In this document: positions 17,541 through 28,000 of the stretch, piece by piece
Layout: each line of letters opens with the position of its first letter
Numbering within the stretch: position 1 is the first letter of the stretch
From: a virus
Length of the DNA: 64,000 nucleotides
Virus record (IMG/VR): IMGVR_UViG_3300027278_000009
Reading direction: 5' to 3' (one strand)
Notes under the pieces: model-generated
What the model was told of the DNA's origin: nothing
Databases searched by the model: none
What the model saw: the letters and a program-made list of their open reading frames with translations, nothing else
Translations under genes and position numbers: made by a program

Positions 17541-18221
17541 ATGGATATATTAAGAGAAAATTGGTGTATTGCACCTCCTCACGATTACGAGTTAAAAAAA
17601 TATCAGCTTTTAGGCGCTATTCAACATGTAGTTAATAGTGTTGAAGCTGGTAAATTGCTTTATGCTTTGAAAACAGTTGAGAGCACTTTGTACAACCTTT
17701 ATAAATTTCAGTCTAATAAAGGAACATTAGATAATAAAATGAAAATTATCAAAGGCATTAATTTAGATACTATGTCGTTAGATTACGAATATCCTTCTGA
17801 TTCTAAAGAGATGAAAGATATCTATGAATTATGTGATTTTGCGATAGAAGAATTTGAAACAGTTTTTAAATTGGTAAGATCTAAATGGAGGTTATTATCT
17901 GCTAAAATATATCTTACTGAAATCCCAAGCACGCGACCTACTAAAACTAAGATTCAGTTGTTCGTAGCTAGAAAGGATTCTGATAATATATTGATATATG
18001 AATATCATAATATTGGAATTGCCGATTGGAAAGATATTAATCCAATAAAAATTGGAGAAATAAAAAATGAAATCGGAGAATTATCAGAATATATTCAAAA
18101 TCTCGAAGACAGCGAGAATTATAGATTTTGGAGATGTAATCATACAATTGATCATGATGTTGATGCGTGCATTATACCATTAATCAAATATGCCTTGTTT
18201 TTCAAGATTCTAACCGCTTAA
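17541..18221 (+). CDS. Hypothetical protein
   Basis: 226-aa ORF after TAAATA motif. Confidence 0.75.
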   Translation: MDILRENWCIAPPHDYELKKYQLLGAIQHVVNSVEAGKLLYALKTVESTLYNLYKFQSNKGTLDNKMKIIKGINLDTMSLDYEYPSDSKEMKDIYELCDFAIEEFETVFKLVRSKWRLLSAKIYLTEIPSTRPTKTKIQLFVARKDSDNILIYEYHNIGIADWKDINPIKIGEIKNEIGELSEYIQNLEDSENYRFWRCNHTIDHDVDACIIPLIKYALFFKILTA

Positions 18222-18255
18222 TAGAATATATAGTTAAAATAAATAGATTAACTAT

Positions 18256-19500
18256 ATGGCAATTATTGCAAAGGACGATATCATCCTACAGATTGACGCT
18301 GAATTTAATTTTGTTCAAGGTAATGAGCAGGTCTATGAATTTAAGTTATACAAAGACTTTATTGGACAGGCACTAAATTTAAATGAACCAACATCAATTC
18401 ACGCGGCTATCTATAGAAATGATACTAAATATCTTCAATATTCTAACCCATCAACAATGGGTGTTTCTAGCAAATTAGAATTACATAAAACTGAGAATAG
18501 TGGTAGATGTTCTTTTACAATGATTCCACAGCAAACATTAGTGATTCCTCCTGGGGAGATCTATATGCAAGTTAGTGTAATTTATGAAAACTATTATCCG
18601 CAACCAAAGGTTTATGTATTCCCATTAATTAAATTAGGTGAAGCAGTTCAAGGCGCCGGTGGTGTAACTGATCCAAATCCAGGAACTGGAACTGGCGGAA
18701 ATACTGGCGGAAATACTGGTGGTGGAACAACTGCAATCTTTAATGGCAGTACATTTATGGTTGAAGCCGTTAATGGATCTAATCCTACTGATTCTGGTAA
18801 AGTAACTATTGATAATTATATTCCAAGTTTAGTTACAACAATTAAATTTAGAAATCTTGATGAGAAAGAATCTAGAATTACTCTTCTTGAAAATTTCTTA
18901 AAGAATAGAATTGGAGTAGATGGAGTTTCAGGAACAATTACACTTTCAGATTTAGGAGATACTAATATGTACGCAATTTATAAGATCTTAGATTGGTCTA
19001 GAATTGATATTAATCCCGGGGATGGCGATGACCAAAACACAGATGGTATTATGGTTAATGTTGTATTAGAAGACCTAGCGTCTGGACCTGGCGTAACAAG
19101 ATCTACATTCGTAGTTGGACAAAAAGTAACTTATTACTTAGATGCAATTGGAGGAGGATCAGTATCGGTTAAAGAAGGTATTAATACATATCTTGATAAA
19201 AATATTAATCCAATTGCAACATCAGGCGATAACGCCCCTACTGGAGTTGCAATAACTTATTCTCCATATTATGATTCTTACGTAATGGTAGAGGTTAATG
19301 GTATTTCAGCTGAAGTAGGTGATGGTGTTAAAACTAAAGCATGCTATTTCTCTGGCAACAACGGATTAACGGCGGTCGCAATTGAAGAAATTCGAAGCGG
19401 AGACCAATTAATTTGGAATGGCCAAATTTCCGGATACGACCTAGAAATTGGAGATCAAATCAACTTAATATACGAGGTTGATGTTGACGATTTAAGATAA
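18256..19500 (+). CDS. Putative virion structural protein; C-terminal domain paralogous to that of 24242..25006
   Basis: Beta-rich; GTGTGGNTGGNTGGG linker; VNG...YFS.N.G.TA..I.E...GD.L.WN...GY....GD...L.YE shared with the paralogue. Confidence 0.7.
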   Translation: MAIIAKDDIILQIDAEFNFVQGNEQVYEFKLYKDFIGQALNLNEPTSIHAAIYRNDTKYLQYSNPSTMGVSSKLELHKTENSGRCSFTMIPQQTLVIPPGEIYMQVSVIYENYYPQPKVYVFPLIKLGEAVQGAGGVTDPNPGTGTGGNTGGNTGGGTTAIFNGSTFMVEAVNGSNPTDSGKVTIDNYIPSLVTTIKFRNLDEKESRITLLENFLKNRIGVDGVSGTITLSDLGDTNMYAIYKILDWSRIDINPGDGDDQNTDGIMVNVVLEDLASGPGVTRSTFVVGQKVTYYLDAIGGGSVSVKEGINTYLDKNINPIATSGDNAPTGVAITYSPYYDSYVMVEVNGISAEVGDGVKTKACYFSGNNGLTAVAIEEIRSGDQLIWNGQISGYDLEIGDQINLIYEVDVDDLR

Positions 19501-19662
19501 TAATATATTAACGTAGTATTTCTAAAAAAATGAAAATCTCATTTTTTTGTTTAATTTTATTACTATAATATGTTATTTTTCAATAATAGTGTCATTTCAA
19601 CCTGAATATATAATCACGATAGCAATAAAGCTATCCGCCAAAATAAATTAATAAATAAAATT

Positions 19663-21447
19663 ATGGCACAAATTCGTTCAAAACAAATTGCAGACTTCTT
19701 ATCTACGGTAACTTGGTCTAATGTAACGTCTTCTCAGATCGCTAACGCGGCTGACATTAAGGCTTACGTTGATGCTCAACAAACTGCTTTAGGTGATGAA
19801 GTTAACGCTTCTATCGACTCTTTAGAGTTAGCGTTATCTGCTGAAATCGTAGCAACTAATGGTGATGTTACTGAGCTTCAAGCAGCTGACGGTTCTTTAG
19901 AGACAAGATTGTCTGTTGAAGAGACAAGAGTAGATGCGATCTTATTAGCTTCTCAAGCGGATAAGGACTCTTTTGCTGAGATCGTTTCATTAATCAACGC
20001 TGTTGATACTGTAAACGACGACGCATTAGCTGTTGTTATCTCTAACTTGAATGCTGAGATTGCTGCTACTAACGTTGATGTTGATTCTATCAACACAAGA
20101 ATCACTGCAGAAGAAGCTGCATTAGCTGCTGAGATTGTTGCTACTAACAGTGATGTAACTTCTATCAACTCTGCATTATCTGCTGAGTTAGTTGCAAGAG
20201 CTGCTGGTGACTCGTCTTTATCTACAGCTTTAGCTGCTGAAATCGCTGCTACTAATGCTGAAGTAACTTCTTTAACTGCTAAGGATTTATCTTTAGAGTC
20301 TAGAGTTTCTGTTGAAGAGGCTGCAAGAGCTACTGCAGATACATCGTTATCTACAGCTTTAGCTGCTGAAATCGCTGCTACTAACGCAGATGTTACTTCA
20401 ATCAACACTGCTATCGGTGCTGAAGCAACAGCAAGAGCAGCTGCAGATACATCGTTATCTACGGCTTTAGCTGCTGAAATCTCTGCAACTAACGCAGACG
20501 TTACAGCAATCAACGCTTCTGTTGATTCTCTAGAAGGTGATGTTGCATCTATCGACACTAGAGCTTTAGCTTTAGAAGGAGCTTTAGCTGCTGAAATCTC
20601 TACAACTAACGCTGAGGTTACTTCTATCAACACTAGAGTATTAGCTGAAGAAGGTAGAGTTGATGCAATCTTATTAGCTGCTGACGCTGATAAAGATTCA
20701 TTCGCTGAAATCGTTTCTTTAATCAACGCTGTTGATACAGTAAATGATGACGCTTTAGCAGTAGTTATCTCTAACTTAAACTCTGAAATCGCTTCAACTA
20801 ACGCTGATGTTGATTCTATCAACACAAGAGCTACTGCAGACGAAGCTGCTTTAGCTGCTGAGATTTCTAGAGCTCAAGCTGCAGAAGGTAACTTAATCGA
20901 TTCAGTTGATTCTATCGAAGTATTATTAGGCAATGTTAACGGTAACTTAGTTGATTCAGTTGATTCTTTAGAATTAGCTTTATCTGCTGAGATCGCTGCT
21001 ACTAACATTGATGTTACTTCTATCAACGTTGCTTTAGCTGCTGAAATCGCTGCTACTAATGCTGATTTCGTATCAGTTGACGCTGCACAAGTTTCTCAAG
21101 ATACTAGAATGACTGGTATCGAAGGTAACTTAGCTACTGAAATCGCTGCTACTAACGCTGATGTAAATTCTTTAGTTACTGTTGACGCTGGTTTAAACAC
21201 TAGAATCACTGCATTAGAAGGCTTCATCCAAGAAGATACACAGGAAGCTGTTGAAATCTTCATTGGTGCAGGTTTAGCTTACACTCTTGCTAACCCAGTA
21301 CAAGACGACTTAATTGCGTTAGTTGACGTTTACGTAAACGGTCACCACGTACAAGTTGAAACAGTTACTGGTAGCATCATCAACTTAGTTGATCCAGGTT
21401 ATGTGATCGACGGTGATGACCAAGTATTAGTTAACTACCAATACTAA
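19663..21447 (+). CDS. Ala-rich coiled-coil fibre protein
   Basis: Repeats LAAEIAATNADV; two ADKDSFAEIVSLINAVDT modules; MAQIR.KQIA N-terminus shared with 24242. Confidence 0.8.
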   Translation: MAQIRSKQIADFLSTVTWSNVTSSQIANAADIKAYVDAQQTALGDEVNASIDSLELALSAEIVATNGDVTELQAADGSLETRLSVEETRVDAILLASQADKDSFAEIVSLINAVDTVNDDALAVVISNLNAEIAATNVDVDSINTRITAEEAALAAEIVATNSDVTSINSALSAELVARAAGDSSLSTALAAEIAATNAEVTSLTAKDLSLESRVSVEEAARATADTSLSTALAAEIAATNADVTSINTAIGAEATARAAADTSLSTALAAEISATNADVTAINASVDSLEGDVASIDTRALALEGALAAEISTTNAEVTSINTRVLAEEGRVDAILLAADADKDSFAEIVSLINAVDTVNDDALAVVISNLNSEIASTNADVDSINTRATADEAALAAEISRAQAAEGNLIDSVDSIEVLLGNVNGNLVDSVDSLELALSAEIAATNIDVTSINVALAAEIAATNADFVSVDAAQVSQDTRMTGIEGNLATEIAATNADVNSLVTVDAGLNTRITALEGFIQEDTQEAVEIFIGAGLAYTLANPVQDDLIALVDVYVNGHHVQVETVTGSIINLVDPGYVIDGDDQVLVNYQY

Positions 21448-21484
21448 GAAATAGCTTAATCTGATTAAGACTATTAAATAGTTT

Positions 21485-21512
21485 AGGGGATCCCTTCGGG
21501 GATCCCCTTTTT
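21485..21512 (+). terminator. Intrinsic terminator with UUCG loop
   Basis: AGGGGATCCC-TTCG-GGGATCCCCT plus T-run. Confidence 0.92.
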
Positions 21513-21526
21513 TTATTATTGATATA

Positions 21527-21554
21527 TAAACTAGTTCAAAAAAATGAATATAAT
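21527..21554 (+). promoter_or_regulatory. Class II promoter overlapping a GATATATA motif
   Basis: TAAAC-N17-TATAAT upstream of 21560. Confidence 0.75.
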
Positions 21555-21559
21555 ATTGT

Positions 21560-22753
21560 ATGCGCATAGGAATTACTCTTTCCCTTACTGAAGAATACGA
21601 ATCAATGTGGATTAATGGTATTAAACTAAACGTATTGAATTTAGTTAAAACATTGAGCCAAATTGAAGGCTATGAGGTTTTCATTATGGAAACAGGTAGT
21701 AAAGTCACAGATCTAACTAAAGTAACTTGGGATTATAAGAAATATCCAATCTATAAATTTGGAGAAAAGATAAATGAAGTAGATATAATTTTTATGTTAG
21801 GGACTTCATTACCTTCTAAATTAATTTTAGATCTTAAATTAAAAAGACCAAGAGTTAAAATTGTAAAATACCAATGTGGTAATAACTATGTTGTAGATAT
21901 GGAGAGAGTAATCTTCGATACCGCAAAAGAAGCTCTTCCATCTTGGGACATTGGACATGATGAGACGTGGATGATTCCACAACAAGAATATCAGAATGGC
22001 GAATATTTCAAATTAGTATATAGACATAAAGATCATCAAATTAAAACGGTTCCATTTGTGTGGGATCCAGAGCATATTCAGCGTGCTTCTGATTTATTAA
22101 AATTATCTGGCAAGAAATATCCAGGATATCAACCTAAAGATAGGAAAGATAAAAAATTATCAATCATGGAGCCAAACTTAAATGTGGTTAAATGGTCTAT
22201 GATACCAATGATGATTGCTGAAAAAATGTATCGTGAATTCGGAGAAGGAGCTTATAAGCAATTGTATATTGCAAGTGGTCAACGAATTTTACAAAATTCT
22301 TATTATAAGCAAATGATTAAGAATTTTGATATAGTAAGACACGATCCACCTCTTGTTAAATATGTAGGTAGATATCCAGCAGCAGTATTCTTTGCTGAAG
22401 AAACCGATATAGTTCTATCACACCAATGGGAAAATCCACTTAATTATGCATATTTAGATGCAATGTATTTTGGTTACCCACTAGTACACAACGCCGACAT
22501 GGTAAAGGATGGCGGATATTATTATGAGGGATTTGATGTTACTGCTGGTTATAATCAACTTAAAGAAGTATTAGAAAATCATGACAATACTTTAGAAGAA
22601 TACAAGCAAAAAAATCAACCAATTTTAGACAGATATTTAACAACGAATCCAATTGTTGTGGATACATATAGAAAATTAATTGAAAACTTATTTGAACCTG
22701 GAAAACATCAAATGAGTTATGAATACGATTGGAAAACAAACGCATATAAATAA
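21560..22753 (+). CDS. DUF2827-like protein, probable GT-B glycosyltransferase (paralogue 2)
   Basis: SMWINGIKLN; VPFVWDP; IMEPNL; SHQWENPLNYAYLDAMYFGYPLVHN; C-terminal YDWKTN as in paralogue 1. Confidence 0.7.
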   Translation: MRIGITLSLTEEYESMWINGIKLNVLNLVKTLSQIEGYEVFIMETGSKVTDLTKVTWDYKKYPIYKFGEKINEVDIIFMLGTSLPSKLILDLKLKRPRVKIVKYQCGNNYVVDMERVIFDTAKEALPSWDIGHDETWMIPQQEYQNGEYFKLVYRHKDHQIKTVPFVWDPEHIQRASDLLKLSGKKYPGYQPKDRKDKKLSIMEPNLNVVKWSMIPMMIAEKMYREFGEGAYKQLYIASGQRILQNSYYKQMIKNFDIVRHDPPLVKYVGRYPAAVFFAEETDIVLSHQWENPLNYAYLDAMYFGYPLVHNADMVKDGGYYYEGFDVTAGYNQLKEVLENHDNTLEEYKQKNQPILDRYLTTNPIVVDTYRKLIENLFEPGKHQMSYEYDWKTNAYK

Positions 22754-23538
22754 TGAATGAATTAAACGAAATTTTAGAACAAGTAGATAAAGTTAAAATA
22801 TCTATAGTTATGCAAGTTAATCTACAGGATTATAATAATTCTAGAGTAGATTCACTTGGTAAATTTCACAGAGCCGTAGAAAGCTTTAGAAGTCAGATTT
22901 ATAAAAACTGTGAATTAATTATTGTTTCTGATGGTTGTTTAAAAACACAACAATTGTATAATAGATCTTATAAACAAGATAAAAATATTAAATTTGTTTA
23001 TTATGATCGCCATGATAGCGAATTAAAAATGTATGACACAAGGCCGGGCGATCCTGAAGAATATAAATACTATAGAGGATTTGCAAGAAGATTAGGTGTT
23101 ACAGCTGCTAGTGGTGATTTAATTACATATATGGATTCAGATGATATTCTTGCACCTGAATTTACAATGACCCTTATGTTGGTTTATAACCAAGATCAAG
23201 ATCATGACTGGTGGATGAATACAACATGGTATGACAATGAGAGGGCAGATTGGCCAGATAGCGAAACTTTATATGCTTCTTCTAATTTTCAACCAGTCCA
23301 ATTGGATTATGCACCTGGAATGTGGAAGCAATCAGTCCTAAAACCAGGTATGATTGTAATGTCTCCTTGGTTATTAATGCACAAACCTGGTTTAAGCGTT
23401 CAATGGAGAGACACGTATGGCAACGTATCTGAAGACGTAGATTTTAATAAGAGATTAAGAGATAAATACAAAAATGGAGTTACATACGCTAGACCAATTT
23501 ACGCGCGATGCCACTTTTCTAATTTGTGGGATATTTAA
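22753..23538 (+). CDS. GT2-family (GT-A) glycosyltransferase
   Basis: ISIVM, ELIIVSDG, GDLITYMDSDD, EDVDF. Confidence 0.8.
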   Translation: MNELNEILEQVDKVKISIVMQVNLQDYNNSRVDSLGKFHRAVESFRSQIYKNCELIIVSDGCLKTQQLYNRSYKQDKNIKFVYYDRHDSELKMYDTRPGDPEEYKYYRGFARRLGVTAASGDLITYMDSDDILAPEFTMTLMLVYNQDQDHDWWMNTTWYDNERADWPDSETLYASSNFQPVQLDYAPGMWKQSVLKPGMIVMSPWLLMHKPGLSVQWRDTYGNVSEDVDFNKRLRDKYKNGVTYARPIYARCHFSNLWDI

Positions 23539-24110
23539 TCCTTAGGCTTTAACGAATTTTTAAAAATATCTGCACATGTTTGCAGATATTTTTGTTTTAC
23601 AGCAGTATCATTTAAAGCATACCATTGATATGCCATCGAACCTTCATAAAGATTAATTTTCTTTCGAATTGATTCTATATTTTGTTGAATGTTTTGCATC
23701 TGCTCAACTGTTAAATCTTCAACATCAACGTTCAATTCCGCCGCTACTTTTAAAAGCAAACCCCAATCATAAGTATCATTAGCTTTATTAATATCTTCAT
23801 AACACTTTTTTAAAAATTTAGCTTCACGTTCACTAGCATCTTGAATTTTATCTGGATGACATTTTACTGCTAATTTTCTAAAGATCTTTTTAAAATCTTT
23901 ATCGTCAAATTTTACAACCTCTTCTTCAGATTCTATTTTAGGTTTAGCTTGACCTTTAGGTACTACTAAAGCTTCTAAAGCTTCTGGCGATTCTGTCATT
24001 AACGCTTCTCTAAATTCTCGCTCTGCTGCACTAGAAATTTCTGTCACATCATCTAGGGTTTCAATGACATAAATATAATCTCTAATAATTTTTTTAGTAA
24101 AAGAATTCAT
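23535..24110 (-). CDS. J-domain-containing protein
   Basis: FKKIFRKLAVKCHPDK (HPD) flanked by coiled-coil helices; GATAAATA upstream on the minus strand (24115-24122). Confidence 0.7.
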   Translation of the reverse strand: MNSFTKKIIRDYIYVIETLDDVTEISSAAEREFREALMTESPEALEALVVPKGQAKPKIESEEEVVKFDDKDFKKIFRKLAVKCHPDKIQDASEREAKFLKKCYEDINKANDTYDWGLLLKVAAELNVDVEDLTVEQMQNIQQNIESIRKKINLYEGSMAYQWYALNDTAVKQKYLQTCADIFKNSLKPKD

Positions 24111-24241
24111 GTAATATTTATCTAAAATAATATAATAACACCTACATTAGTGGACTATGCCCTATATAAAATATGATATATACTTAGAAAATTAAGGGCC
24201 ACAAGGCCTTTAGCTTATAACTTAAAAAAAAAATTAAATCT

Positions 24242-25006
24242 ATGGCACAAATTAGGATTAAGCAAATTGCAGGATTGCAAGACAGGCTTGACCAGATTAA
24301 CGCTCAATTAGCTTCAGGGTCTTTGAAATCTAATTACACACAGGTAAACCATGGTTTTGTAGCAGGCAAAGTTATTGCTTATTACAATGGTTCTTGGGGT
24401 TTAGCAGATGCAAAGACAGCTGACAAATTGGGTCGTTTAGTTGTAGACGAAGTGATCGACGCAAACACGTTTTCAGCAGTACAGATCGGTAACATCACAG
24501 TAGATACATGGAACTTAATTCCAGGTACATTCTACGTTGTTGATGATACAGACTCTGGTTCTATTGTTCCTTTCGTGAATGAATACGATCCAACGTACAC
24601 ATACTCTAATCCGGTTCTTCAAGCTTTATCTGCAACGTCTGCACAAGTACTTCCATGGAGACCTTCTTTAGGTCCTCAAGCGATTGCAGTTGGCGAAGAG
24701 TTTTCTCAGTCTGACTTAACACCGTTAGCATCTAACGGTAATGGTTCAGCAACTGGTATTACTTTAGACTTCACACCATACGCAGATTCTACGGTTCAGG
24801 TTTACATCAACGGTGTTGCTGTTACTGAAACTTATGGAAACTTAGATGGTGATGTTTACTTCTCAAACGACGGAGGTATCACTGCTAAAAACATCTCTGA
24901 ATTAGCAGCAGGGGACGAATTATATTGGAACTCTGATAACGCTGGTTACGAAATCGGCGCGGGAGATACATTTGATTTAGTATACGAAAAAAGCTCGTTA
25001 GATTAA
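24242..25006 (+). CDS. Putative virion structural / fibre attachment protein
   Basis: MAQIRIKQIA N-terminus; HGFVAG; C-terminal domain shared with 18256..19500. Confidence 0.75.
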   Translation: MAQIRIKQIAGLQDRLDQINAQLASGSLKSNYTQVNHGFVAGKVIAYYNGSWGLADAKTADKLGRLVVDEVIDANTFSAVQIGNITVDTWNLIPGTFYVVDDTDSGSIVPFVNEYDPTYTYSNPVLQALSATSAQVLPWRPSLGPQAIAVGEEFSQSDLTPLASNGNGSATGITLDFTPYADSTVQVYINGVAVTETYGNLDGDVYFSNDGGITAKNISELAAGDELYWNSDNAGYEIGAGDTFDLVYEKSSLD

Positions 25007-25047
25007 TCTAACTAAAAATTAAAAAAAAAATAAAAACGTAAAAAATT

Positions 25048-28000
25048 ATGGCATATTCAGCTTATATTGCTACGTCGGGCCCTCAAGGGGAAACAGGTCC
25101 TATTGGATCACAAGGTGATCAGGGTTTCCAAGGTTTCCAAGGAGATCAAGGTACCCAAGGTACACAAGGTACCCAAGGTAATCAAGGCGATCAAGGTTTC
25201 CAAGGTTTCCAAGGCGATCAAGGTTTCCAAGGTTTCCAAGGTGATCAAGGTACCCAAGGTACTCAAGGTACTCAAGGTACTCAGGGTGACCAAGGTACTC
25301 AAGGTACTCAAGGTACTCAGGGTGACCAAGGTTTCCAAGGTTTCCAAGGTGATCAAGGAACTCAAGGTACTCAAGGTACTCAGGGTGACCAAGGTACTCA
25401 AGGTACTCAAGGTACTCAGGGTGACCAAGGTTTCCAAGGTTTCCAAGGTGATCAAGGAACTCAAGGTACTCAAGGTACTCAAGGTTTCCAAGGTGATCAA
25501 GGAACTCAAGGTACTCAAGGTACTCAAGGTTTCCAAGGTTTCCAAGGTGCTCAAGGCGTACAAGGTTTTCAAGGTAATACACTCCCAGTTGGTGGTGGTA
25601 TTACAGACGGTGTTGCCGTTGCTGTTGATTCATCAAATGTAACTACTTACGCGGGGTTAACTTACTCCGATGGTGATTTAAATGTTTCAGGTAACATTAA
25701 CGCGACAAACATTACAGATATCAATAATGATATCGCAACTTTACAATCAGACTTAACAACTGAAGTATCTACAAGAGCTGCAGCAGACATTACTTTACAA
25801 GGTAACATTGACGCTGAGGCATCTGCAAGAGATGCTGCTGACGTTACTTTGCAAGCTAACGTTGATGCGGAAGCATCTGCAAGAATTGCATCTGATGCTA
25901 CTTTACAAGATAATATCGATGCTGAAGCAGTTGCAAGAGCTGCTGCTGACGTAGTATTATCTACAGCTGATGTTACTTTACAAGGTAACATTAATGCTGA
26001 AGCATCTGCAAGAGCTGCAGCTATCGCTACAGTATCTTCAGCTGTTTCTACAGAAGCATCTACAAGAGCTGCAGCAGACGTTACTTTACAAGGTAACATT
26101 GATGCTGAAGCATCTGCAAGAATTTCTGGTGATGCTACTTTATCTTCAGCAATTTCTACGGAGGTTTCTAATAGAACTTCAGCTGATGCTACTTTATCTT
26201 CAGCTATTTCTACAGAAGCAGCAGTAAGAGATTCAGGTGATGCATCTTTAACTCAAGCAATTGCACAAACTAATCTTATCACGGCACAAAACTACGGTTT
26301 TGTATCAACAGATATTTTAGAAGAAGAAGCGGCAAGAATTGCAGCTGATGTTGTTTTACAAGATAACATCGATGCTGAAGCAGTTGCAAGAGCAAACGCA
26401 GATACATCATTAGCAACTTCAGTTTCTGCTGAAGCAACAGCTAGAGCATCTGCTGATGTTACTTTACAAGGTAACATTGATGCTGAAGCATCTGCAAGAA
26501 TTTCTGGTGATGCTACTTTATCTTCAGCAGTTTCTACAGAGGTTTCTAACAGAGTTTCTGCTGATGTAGTTTTACAAGACAATATTGATGTTGAAGCATC
26601 TGCAAGAGCAAATGCCGACATTACATTACAAGCTAACGTTAATGCTGAAGCATCTGCAAGAGCTGCGGCTGACGTTACTTTACAAGCTAACGTTGATGCT
26701 GAAGCATCTGCAAGAATTTCTGCAGTTTCATCTTTAGCAACTTCAATTGGTGTTGAACAATCTAGAATCGATGCTATCTTATTAGCGTCAGACGCAGATA
26801 AAGATTCTTTCGCTGAGATTGTATCTTTAATCAACGCAGTTGATACAACAAACGATGACGCTTTAGCAGTAGTTATTGCAAACTTAAATGCAGAAATTTC
26901 TTCAACAAATGCTGATGTTATTTCTATTAATACTGCAATTTCTGACGAAGCTTCTTTAAGAGTATCTGGTGATTCAACTTTATCTTCAGCTATTTCTTCT
27001 GAGGCATCTGCAAGAGCTACAGCGGATTCAACATTACAAGCAAACATCAATGCTGAGGCTACTGCTAGAGCATCTGCTGCTTCATCTTTAACTTCAAGAG
27101 TTTCTGTTGAAGAAGATGCAAGAGCTGCGGCTGACGTTACTTTACAAGCTAACGTTAATGCTGAAGCATCTGCAAGAGCTGCGGCTGACGTTACTTTACA
27201 AGCTAACGTTGATGCTGAAGCAACTGCAAGAGCTGCTGCTGACTTAACTCTTCAAGGTAACATTGATGCTGAAGCATCTGCAAGAGCTGCAGCTATCGCT
27301 ACAGTATCTTCAGCTGTTTCTACAGAAGCATCTGCAAGAGCTACTGCTGATACATCTTTAGCAACTTCAATTTCTACAGAGGTTTCTAATAGAACAACAG
27401 CTGATGCTACATTATCTTCAGCAATTTCTACAGAAGTTTCTAACAGAACATCTGCTGACGCTACTTTATCTTCAGCAATCTCTACAGAAGTTTCTAACAG
27501 AACATCAGTTGACACTGTATTATCTTCGGCTATTTCTTCTGAAGTTTCTACAAGATCTACAGCTGATACTTCTTTAACTTCAAGAATTTCTACTGAAGAA
27601 TCTACAAGATCTACAGCTGATACTTCTTTAACTTCAAGAATTTCTACTGAAGAATCTACAAGAGCTACAGCAATTGGTTCAGTATCTACAGCAGTTTCTG
27701 CTGAAGCATCTACAAGAGCTACAGCTGACGTATCTTTAGCTGGTTCGGTTTCTGCTGAAGCATCTGCAAGAGCTGCAGCTGACGCAGTATTATCTACTGC
27801 TGATGTTGCTTTACAAGACAACATTGATGCTGAAGCGGTTGCAAGAGCTGCTGCTGACGTAACTCTTCAAGGTAATATTGACGCTGAAGCATCTACAAGA
27901 GCAGCAGCTGATGTTACTTTACAATCAAATATTGATATTGAAGTTTCCGCAAGAATTTCTGCAGTTTCATCTTTAGCAACTTCGATTGGTGTTGAACAAT

